Below, one piece after another: positions 48,647-64,000 of a stretch of 64,000 nucleotides of DNA. This DNA is from Flaccisagitta enflata. Lineage: Eukaryota. The number at the start of each line of letters is the position of its first letter. Positions within the stretch are counted from its first letter, which is position 1. The notes under the pieces are model-generated. The model was not told the origin of the DNA, searched no databases, and was given only the letters and a program-made list of their open reading frames with translations. Where the stretch lies: positions 6,758,001-6,822,000 of the forward strand of contig OZ231126.1 of the NCBI GenBank assembly GCA_965153355.1. The letters run 5' to 3'. Both the position numbers and the translations under genes were made by a program.

Positions 48647-49302
48647 ACACACACACACACACACATTACGTGTAGTCCATAAAGATCTCAAAATTTCGCT
48701 ATAACAGTGATAAAATCTGTCACAAACAATAATGAAACTTCTGTCATAAAATATTGAAAAATAAAAAAAAACAGTACAACAACGAGGTTACTGGCGTGCG
48801 TTAAAACAAATCAGTCTTTACATACAAGAATTGTAAGAGTACAAATGTTTTCGTGGGAGTTTTTTTTCTCCTCAAGATCTGGACAGGACGGATAAAAGTC
48901 AAATTGTATTGAGATAAAGCATTTTTAACGCTTCATAATTACGTCCATAATTAAGATAAAAATTATAATTGACATTAGATTCTAAGTCACTTGGAATATC
49001 GATCCAAACCGGATGATGGGCAGAAAAGATCGCAGGGCGGTTGGGCAGGGGTGGTAAGACGAAAGTCGGTTCGGGAGGGGTAGGGATACCAAAATCAGCT
49101 CAAGACTGATGGGGCCCATCGGCTCTCAAAAAAACTACGTCGCTGAAAGGTGGAGCCTTGGAGGACCAACCTGAGAGAACATCAGGCAGACCCATCAGTT
49201 ACATTGCCCACAAAAACCATAAAACCACAAGAACCTTTGCAGCCGCTGCACTGCGCCGCTGCTGCTACCCCAGCCACGCTTAACCCAGTGACGTCCCACA
49301 CA

Positions 49303-49820
49303 AGCTCTCGTTTTCCCTTCCTTGGCCTTCGACGCAGCTGCCGTGGGGATGCATATACGTGCACGGACATACATTGCATTGCATACAATGCATTCCACAC
49401 TTTTTCCGGTGTTCTGTAACATTATAAAAGCTCGTTTTCCCTTCCTTGGCCTTCGACGCAGCTGCCGTGGGGATGCATATACGTGCACGGACATACATTG
49501 CATTGCATACAATGCATTCCACACTTTTTCCGGTGTTCTGTAACATTATAAAAGCTCGTTTTCCCTTCCTTGGCCTTCGACGCAGCTGCCGTGGGGACAC
49601 ATGTACGTGCACGGACATACATTGCATTGCATACAATGCATTCCACACTTTTTCCGGTGTTCTGTAACATTATAAAAGCTCGTTTTCCCTTCCTTGGCCT
49701 TCGACGCAGCTGCCGTGGGGATGCATGTACGTGCACGGACATACATTGCATTGCATAAAATTCGTTCCACACTTTTTCCGGTGTTCTCTAACATTACAAA
49801 AGCTCGATTCCCCTTCCTTC
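49303..49820. repeat. 124-bp tandem repeat, ~4.2 copies, just 3' of the membrane-protein stop codon
   Basis: aaagctcgttttcccttccttggccttcgacgcagctgcc recurs at 124-bp spacing. Confidence 0.9.
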
Positions 49821-49868
49821 TCCGCCGCTGCAGTCGCCGCAGCGACACAGAACTCAGACCAAAGGTTC

Positions 49869-52445
<2,577 letters not shown>

Positions 52446-52779
52446 GTCATCGCATTCTCTAGACGTCGAAGTTCTCAGTCAGTTGTTGCAATCAGCAGCA
52501 ATTTGGCATCCGTTGAAACATCCGTCACAGCATCAGTTACAGCAAATTGTTTTGAAGCAGCAATTGACACACATCCGGTGAAAAAAGTTCAGTGTATGAA
52601 GTTTGAGTGCAGTTTTTGAACCTTGTTGGGACCATAAGTTAAAATGTATTTTTTTTTTCTCGCGCTGTTGAATGAAATAGTGCAACTTAAGATTGTGCTT
52701 TGATAGCGTAAAAAATGACTCGACGATTTACTGTAGTCTGGAGTGAATGCGGTAACGAACGTGGGAGAAGTTGAGGAGA

Positions 52780-53412
52780 CATTGGAGATTGGAGACGATG
52801 GAGGAGTTTGATGAAAAACGGAAAAACGGATGATATAGAATTGCAGGCGGAAAAGCAAAACGACAGAAAAGCGGAAGCGTCAAAGGTAAAGCGGGGAAGT
52901 GAATGCGGAGAAGCGAAAGCGTCAAAGTGAAAGCGGAGAAGCGGAAGCAGAAATTTGTATGAGGAAGAGCGGAAGCGGGTAAGTCAAAGCGGAAATGGAA
53001 GTGGGAACAGGACTGGGACATTGAGCGGACGATGGAGAAGATGGGAAAGCAGAAAAACGGATGAGATAAATTGGAAGAGCGAAAATGCAAAGCAACAGAA
53101 AAGCGGGAGCGGCAAAGGGGAAGTTACAAAGTGAAAGCGGGAAAGTGAAAGCAGAAAAGAGGAAGTGGAAAAGTGAAAGCGGAAACGCAGAAGTGCGGAA
53201 ACGCGGAAGCGGAAACGGATAAAAGATGGAGAAAGTCGGAAAAATTGAAAAGCGGAAACCGAAAGTGGAAAAAATCGGAAGTAAAAGAGAAAGAAAGAAA
53301 GATTTCAGCGGCGCGGAAAAATGAAGCGGAAGAGCGAAGCAGAAAAGCGAAGCGGAAAAGCGAAGCGGAAAAGCGAAGCGGAAATCCGAAGGACAAAACG
53401 GAAAAGGAAAAG
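52780..53412. repeat. Degenerate (AAAGCGG)-rich minisatellite
   Basis: Repeated gaaaagcggaa / aagtgaaagcgg motifs. Confidence 0.7.
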
Positions 53413-53458
53413 TGGAACCCAAGATTTCTTACCATTCTAATTTTTCAAAAAGCGGAAA

Positions 53459-53574
<116 letters not shown>

Positions 53575-54170
53575 GGCAGACAGACAGAAAGACAGAGAGA
53601 CAGAGAAACAGAGACAGAGACAGAGAGAGACAGGGAGAGGTAGACAGAGACAGAGAGAGAGAATAGACGGACCGTGTCAAAGACACTCAGTTTCACAGGT
53701 AGTGAGGAGCAAAATCAGAAGCTGAATGCTAATGAGAGAAAATGAAGATCCGCACAAAAGCAAAATATCATTGATTGTACTGAAAATTTTTAGATGAATC
53801 GTTTTGTTGTGCTAAGAAGATTTTATACCATAGAAGTATTTTGTAGACAGTAAACTAATCTAAAGTATACTTATTGCAAAATTGACCACTTCTGCTGCCC
53901 ATAATTCTATTAATTCAGAAAAAGAAACCGCCCACGGGCTGGATACCCGGCCGCTTGCGGGTGGGCAGGGTCATTATTACAGCAGGCCCAAAATGTTTTG
54001 TCAGCTGATGGCCTACAAAATATTGCATTTACGCGCAGCTAAAAAACAAAGAAAATATATTCACGATGATGAAAGATTGAAAGTCCTGACGCAGAGAAGA
54101 CGTCCAACAAGCGAATGTCGCGCATCCAACAAGCGTCACCGTATTGTGGAGGAATTCCTGACTCCTAAGG

Positions 54171-54383
<213 letters not shown>

Positions 54384-56433
54384 AACTTTTTGTCTCTTTT
54401 TCCGCTGCTTCGCTTCGGTCGTCTTAGTCACGTGATAATCAAGAAAGGGTCACGTGATAGTCAGAGCGTGTTTCCACTGATGCAAAGAATCGCGAATAAT
54501 CCTGTTGATTGCGTTTATAGTGTAAACAAAGGTGTTCAACGTGGTCCAAGGGCGTGTTTTTAGTGATCACAATCCAGATAATTCTTAATTTTCGGCATAA
54601 ACATATATGGCAGTTTCTCCTTTAAACCGGGCCGGCCAAAATCAAGCGCCTGATTGAGTTAACATTGAAAAAAATAACATAATTCAATGATAGTTGCATC
54701 TATCAGCTTGAAATTTTGGTTGCAGGCTCAGAATTTGATACTCTTTCAAGTCATGATGAAAAAATCACTTAAAGTCTTGAACTGTGTTCAATTATATAAA
54801 TTTTTGTGAAAAACAGTGTGACATAGTGTGACAAGGTGTTAACTCAAAAGGACACTTTCTTAAAAAATCAATATCTCCGGCTAGAAATGACATAAAGTTC
54901 TGAAATTTGGCATGTAACCTGGGTTATGTCTTTACTTAACAGGGGGAGAAAAAAACATCATACTTAGAAATATGTTTTTTTATGTATTGTATATTACTAT
55001 ATCAAGATGAGATATTTAATCATTTTTAACAAATCAGCTATGAATGAAATGTTTGCATAGTAAATGTCCATCAGTGACCATCAAATTTTTAATGCTTCTT
55101 TAGGGATAGCAATGGTACAAAAATGACTTATTGTTGGAAAGGCTTGACAATTTTTTGATGTTTTTATCATAGTAGATATGAATTGTGACACAAGTGTGAC
55201 AGGGAAAATAGGCTGTTTTGGCTCTACTTTTGGCCACCTAACCTATCAAAATCATGAGTCTGAAGGATGTATGTTGAGCACTTTGTCCCAAGGGATATCT
55301 AAGAACAGCTTTCATCATTGACAGAATGATTGGTGGAAGAAAACGGAGTTTTTTTTTGCCGCCAAATCATGTTTTTCAGCCGGCCCACTTTATAGGAGAA
55401 ATTGCCATATATTTATTTCATTCAACTCACAAGAGTAGGGGAGAGAGAGAGTATGCCTGTGAAATGAGCAAGTGAATGAAGCAAGCATTAAAAAATGGAG
55501 CGCTGTGCTATAATCTGTAAAGTGAGTGAGCAGAGTGAGCGGTACGAGCGGACGAACGTAACGAGCAACCAAGTGGCTCATTTAAAAACGCGACTGTCCT
55601 TGCATGGAAACCTGCCCCAAGTCACGTGATAGTCAAAGCCCGAGTCTTAGTCAGCTTCCCGACCGCGAGGCGCGTGGCTCAGCGCCCGATTGCCACGTGC
55701 AGGACGTCATTTTAGGTTTGAGGTAAACCACCATATATGGCATCGAGACAGAACAGCGGGGAGAGGGAGAAAGAAAGGGAAAGGGAAAGGGATAGGCGGA
55801 GGACTAAGTAACAGACATATAGTCAAAGCACTTATAACTTTATCTTTCAATGCCCACTATCTCTCTCCCCCCCCAAGAAAAAAACACCAAAAAAGAAAAC
55901 AGGAAAAAAACAAAATTCAATCCACCTTTATAGTTAAACATTTTTTTCCTCAACTCCTATTCCTTATTTTCTACGATATATAAAAACAGTTCCCTTCTTT
56001 TTCCAGTTCATATCTCTCACGCCTCTTGTCTTGCTTCCCTTTCCCATCTTCTGTTTCTTCAATAACTTCGTCTTCATCACCACCCCCCCCCCTCCCGTTA
56101 CCCTCCTCCTTTTCCTCTTTTCCCTCTCTCACTTTCCTTTCCTTCTTAGAGTAAAGTTCTCGATTTTTCTCTGGCAAATTTTTGCCATTCCATCACTCGA
56201 TTCCATCTCGATCCTTCTTTCTCCTCTTTCTCACATTTTCCTCTTCCTCCTACAATTAGTTTACCAGTTTATCTTCCTCCTCCATCTCCCGTTTCTTCTC
56301 TCCTCCTCCTTCTCCCCCCCCCCCCTGCCTGCTTGCTCATGATCTGATTGGCTTCGGCCTTGATAAGAGTGAAAGGAATCACCATGAGTTGGCATTGCAA
56401 TGACTGCCACCATGATTCTGAGAATGACGACGT

Positions 56434-56527
<94 letters not shown>

Positions 56528-57089
56528 AAAGGCATCCCGACCCCACAGGTTTCGGGGGTTGCGTTTCATTGGATTCATGTTATGTGAAAACGATGTAAAG
56601 ATGCAGTAATTGTCGGGAAAACAACTTGGTATGAGACATCATGAACTCCCTACTTTATATTGAAATAGTGAAAACACTCATAGTTGCTATGCTATTCTAT
56701 ACTTATAACACTATAGCCTTTAGTCGCTATACTATACTATGGCATCTTTACTAAAGCATCTTTGTGAATATTGGCGTAATGTATGAAGTTCAATGCAAAT
56801 CTATTCTTATTTCAAGAGATCACAGGTCAAATCATTTAAATTAGAATGACTATTTTAGAAAGATTAAATTCTATAAATCACTCTGTTAAGATAAAATAAT
56901 AGCATTATATCATAAGAGGGGGAAAAATACAACAACATTGAAATAACTCATCAGTTATGTGAAATGCTCTCCCTTGCGTCCGATTCCACAGATTTTCTTC
57001 CCGTGAGTCAAACTCATCCTTCAAGAGCAAAGAAAACGTCAACAGAATGCAATTTGACTATGGGGCAGTCAGGCAGAGAGAGAGAGAGA

Positions 57090-57447
<358 letters not shown>

Positions 57448-57466
57448 GTGAAAGGAAGAGAAAGAG

Positions 57467-57542
<76 letters not shown>

Positions 57543-57587
57543 AGAGAAAGAGAAGAGAGAGAGGGAGACAAAGAGAGAGAGAGACAA

Positions 57588-57704
<117 letters not shown>

Positions 57705-58836
57705 TGCTTTAGCACCATGAGTCATGGCAGGCATTGATACGGCTCGATGCCATTCGTTGGTTGGGGGGGGGGGGAAGGAACGCAACAAAGTAAACAGGCT
57801 GATGGTAGTGAAAGGGAGGAAGGGTTATGTAACAGGTATACAATTGCAGGACAGGGATGCAGTAAAATCAAATGAGATTGTGGGAGTGGGAGACAGTGTT
57901 ATGTTACAATTCACAGCGCAGGGAAGTATGGGATTGTATAAGGCTGTTAGGATCGAGGGGGTGGAAGCGTTACGTAACAGGTTGACCATTGCAAGACAGT
58001 GAAGCAACAAAGATGTATGGGGACTTAGGCTGGTGGGGTGAGGAGGGGGGTTACGTATAAGGTCAGGCTCATCTTGAACCGAGAATATATTATATACGAA
58101 AGATTTACGAATAAAGAGAGGAGAGAGTATTATTGTGTTAATTAACCCATAGCAGATTACTCTTGTTTTTATGTGCATCCAAGCTCAAAATCAGGAGGTT
58201 TTTACGTCTCTTTGTCCATCGACCGGGCACGATAAACTTTCTATACCTTCTCACTTTTCAGTTTACTGGGTGTCGTTATTTTTAGTCGCGTGCTACGCGA
58301 CTCAATAAGCCACTTTTCGGTCCGTCCGTCGGTCCGTCCGTCGGTTCGTCCATCACAAAGTCGTTTTAAAGGCTTTTTATCGCGTTTTAAACGTCTCTAA
58401 GTAGTGGAGAAGAAGCTTGGAGTAGTAAGTAGCTGTTTCGAATGTCTTTAAAAAAAAATGTTTGTCTGTCTGTCTACCTGACTTTTTTCGAAAGTGCCGA
58501 CGCACGCGACTTAGGTCTAGTGACCTTGTCTCTGGATACTGAAACAGAAATTAGCGAAAAACGGTTTTGGCTAAAAAGCGCTTAAACCTTGTAACTATTG
58601 CCACAATGCCACATGGTGTAGACGTGATTTTCTAACCCTCCAAAAAAACTTACCTGTCGTTAAAATAGAATACGGCACTAAACATTAGAAAACAAACCAA
58701 ACGCAAGGTCGTCAACCCAAATGCCCCATAACTGACAGAGTCACTTGTAATTGCACGAGATTTCAAAGCAAACTTATTGCAGTTGTCTCACCATTGAAAT
58801 TGGCTGATCAAACCTGAAATCAAATATCCATCCCAG

Positions 58837-59062
<226 letters not shown>

Positions 59063-59313
59063 CAGAGAGAGAGACAGAGAGAGAGACAGAGAGACAGAGA
59101 GACTGAAACTTCCGTTACAAATGATCAAGTTGATGAGAATGAGACGAGCTGAAACAAAGGGCAAGATTGAGAGAGTCAAAGATTTCAAGGATGCCAAAAA
59201 TGAGAAATATGACGAAGACAAAATGACAAAGACAAAGACAAAGACAAACAAAAGAGAAAGAAAGAAAGCAAGCAAGCAAGCAAGCAAGCAAGCAAACAAG
59301 CAAGCAAGCAAGC

Positions 59314-59381
<68 letters not shown>

Positions 59382-59412
59382 ATGAATGAATGAATGAATG
59401 AATGAATGCAAT

Positions 59413-59471
<59 letters not shown>

Positions 59472-59653
59472 GCAAGAAAGAAGGAAAGAAAGAAAGAAAG
59501 AAAGAAAGAAAGAGAGAAAGATAGAAAGATAGAAAGAAACAAAGAAACAAAGAATGAATGCATGAATGAATGAATGAATGAATGAATGAATAAATGAATA
59601 AATGAATGAATGAATGAATGAATGAATGAATGACTGAATGAATGAAAGAAATT

Positions 59654-59729
<76 letters not shown>

Positions 59730-59804
59730 ATGAAAGGAAGAAAGAAAGACAATGACAAAGACAGGTTGAAAAAGAAGTAAAAAGAAAGAAAAAAGAAATA
59801 AGGA

Positions 59805-59876
<72 letters not shown>

Positions 59877-59877
59877 A

Positions 59878-59908
<31 letters not shown>

Positions 59909-59933
59909 AAGAAAGAGATGAAGAAAGAAAGAG

Positions 59934-60004
<71 letters not shown>

Positions 60005-60395
60005 AAAGCAAACTAACAATTAAAAAAAAAAGACAAAAGAAAAAAAAACAAAAGGAATGCATAAAAAAAGGAGGAAAGAAAGAAAGAAGGAAGGAAAGAA
60101 AGAAAGAAAGAAGGGAAGAAAGAAAGAAGGGAAGAAAGAAAGAAGAAAAGAAAGAGATAACGGAAGAGAGGAAAGGAAGAGAAGCATAAAATAGGAGCAA
60201 ATGGGGAGATGTTGTAGGATGGAAGATATTTTCTCATAGAAATCTGAGATTTCCATCTCTGATTTTACGAGGTACTCGAAAGGCGGTTTTGGTTCTCGAC
60301 CGCCCGGAGACAAAACCGCCTGTGAGTGGTCTATGAGGGATGTGCATGCATATGTACATGTAAAGCAAACATGCAAGACCGCCTGTGAGTGGTCT

Positions 60396-60798
60396 ACACT
60401 TTTTTTTTTTATAAGAGACTTTTTTATAAGAGACATGAGGCTGAGATTCACTGAAAATTTAAGAGCAAAATAAGAAACAGCTCAGGCTGACTTTTGCCTC
60501 AGATAACTTTTAGCGTGCACGTGACTCTACACCCCGCTTTGTCCGTCCGTTGGTTGGTCGATCAGTTGGTCAGTCGGTTGGTCCCCATTTTACTTTTTTT
60601 TATCAATTTCATTTTTTTAAGTCATTTAAGTCTTTTTAGGTTAAACAAAGTCATTCTAAGTCATTCTGTTACTAACAGATTCTGTTAGTCTCGCACGCGA
60701 CTTTTAGGTGTTGGCCTTGTTTTTCCTTTTCTTACAAGTGAGAGTAGTAAAAGTAGTAATAGTAGCAGCAAAAGTAGTGGTAGTATCAGTAGTAGTAA

Positions 60799-60877
<79 letters not shown>

Positions 60878-60967
60878 TGTAGTAGTAAAAGTAGAAGTAG
60901 TAGCAGTAGCAGTAATATTAGTTATATGTTAGTTGTAGAGTAGTACTAGCAGTGGTTGAGGTAGTAA

Positions 60968-61023
<56 letters not shown>

Positions 61024-61219
61024 CCAGAAGCAATAAAAAAGTATTAATAATAGTAACATCAGTAGTAGTGATATTCATATCATTGATAGTATTAGTAGTA
61101 ATGGATCAAGTCAGGGAAAAATAAGAACAAATTAAGAGAATTCGAGGCTGAAAATGACTTGGAATTTAAGAACACTCAGGCTGACTTGAAAAAAGGTTGT
61201 CTCTTATAAAAAAAAAGTG
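60396..61219. mobile_element. TA-targeting TIR element (CACTTTT...AAAAGTG) carrying a nested HINE and (GTA)n, inserted into a ~60-bp tandem repeat
   Basis: ta|cactttttttttttataagagac ... gtctcttataaaaaaaaagtg|ta; removing it restores gagtggtctatgagggatgtgcatgc as seen at ~60324-60350. Confidence 0.8.
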
Positions 61220-61493
61220 TATGAGGGATGTGCATGCGTATGTACATGTAGAGCAAACATGCTCTTTGTGATCTAAATTTGGGTATTTCTTTCTCAAGAA
61301 ATATGCGTAAGGTGGTCATTCTAGTTCAGCCGCGTCCACACTTTATATTGGCATGCGTATGCTGTGTATTTGAGCATGCGGACCTTAAAGTGCATGTGCG
61401 TGTACGTAGAGTGTACATATGCGTGTACTCTGTACATGCACGTGCATCTGCAACGATTGGCCGTTTTGAGATGGTGAAGATTTCGAATGAGAA

Positions 61494-62320
<827 letters not shown>

Positions 62321-62452
62321 AATCTTCCCTCTTGATCTCCTAAATGGATCTGTTTGTATGATTTATGGATTGAGATATCCTCAGTCTTGAGGAATTTGGT
62401 AGGAAACTGTTTTGGCCATTGTTCAAAGACCATTACTCTAAACCTTATCGAA

Positions 62453-62772
<320 letters not shown>

Positions 62773-62778
62773 AAAACA

Positions 62779-63082
<304 letters not shown>

Positions 63083-63814
63083 AAAGAGAGAGAGACTAAA
63101 AACAGAGATAAAATGAAATTTGGGTTGTTTTTCAATTAAGAGAAGAAGTTTAGCCGGAAGAAACGAAGAAGGAATGTTAATAGAGTTACAGAGAGTACAA
63201 GTAAAGCGGAGTCACAATGTCGTTGCGGACGAGTGGGCAGGGGCATCCAACCTCCCATCGCATTGCACACCCCCTACCCCACAAACTCAAAAGGCATTTC
63301 AAACTCATGTATGTATCTCTACTTTTTGAGACCTGCTCAGTACTCACGGACAAACGGACGGGCGGATGGATGGACAGACAACGCGTGTTGTACAGTTGCG
63401 TGTCTGCAACAAAAAACAAGGCCGGAAACACAGCAATCTTAGTTAGGCAGGAGCAATGGAGCAAAAACCGATATTATAAAATTCAATAAAGTGACTGACC
63501 GACCGACAAACCAACGGACCAAGCAAAGATTTACTCATAGAAACGCGTGCACGCGACTGAAAAGAGAAAAAGTTTGTTGGATTTTGAGAGGCAAACAAAT
63601 AAAGGATCCCACAAGAGTATTGTGAAGGCTGACAGTATAACATGGCACGAAGCAATGGGAGGAAGGAAAGAAAGTAAGAACGAAAGCATGAAAAAAGAGA
63701 GAAAGAAAGAAAGAAAGAAAGAAAAAAAGAAAGAAAGAGAGAAAGAAAGAAAGGAAAAAGAAAGAAAGAAATAGAGAAAGAAAGAAAGGAGAAAGAAAGA
63801 AAGAAAGAAAGAAA

Positions 63815-63880
<66 letters not shown>

Positions 63881-63912
63881 ATGAAAGAAAGAAAGAAAGA
63901 AAGAAAGAATGA

Positions 63913-63952
<40 letters not shown>

Positions 63953-64000
63953 AAAAAGATCAAGAAAATAGCAGAGAAATTAGAAGGGAAGGAAGGAGGG

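Noticed and set aside
56330-56578. Possible signal-peptide exon (YVVILRIMVAVIAMPTHG-DS) on the minus strand
   Set aside because: Spans a (GAC)n tract, has no convincing GT donor, and could not be linked to any downstream exon.
57800-58180. 117-aa minus-strand ORF
   Set aside because: No motif or splice support; may be decayed LINE-like sequence.

Overview
Repeat- and microsatellite-rich genomic DNA from a eukaryote, most likely an invertebrate animal, with spliceosomal GT-AG introns. Host genes, all on the minus strand unless noted: (1) an intact 4-exon AA15-type lytic polysaccharide monooxygenase (LPMO; 8025-3488) with an intronless 17-finger C2H2 zinc-finger ORF nested on the plus strand in its intron 2; (2) a tandem LPMO paralogue that is a pseudogene (16005-10293); (3) two galaxin-like Cys-Cys repeat genes (33843-31395 and ~43890-35648), the second fused to a ~900-aa low-complexity region; (4) a 3-exon single-pass membrane protein gene (52445-49869). 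The centrepiece is a very young, full-length 12.5-kb Bel/Pao LTR retrotransposon (18429-30926, minus strand, AAAGG target-site duplication) with three oddities. It has no evident tRNA primer-binding site; instead the 12 nt flush with the 5' LTR are perfectly complementary to a 12-mer inside its own LTR (Tf1-like self-priming geometry). Gag and pol are separated by one in-frame UGA-C. A non-env accessory ORF of ~778 aa lies between pol and the 3' LTR. Exon ends together with their splice donors have been tandemly amplified at several loci, up to ~27 copies. The rest is MITEs, Helentron-associated (HINE/DINE-1-like) elements and simple repeats. Family assignments are from motif recognition by eye, not database searches.
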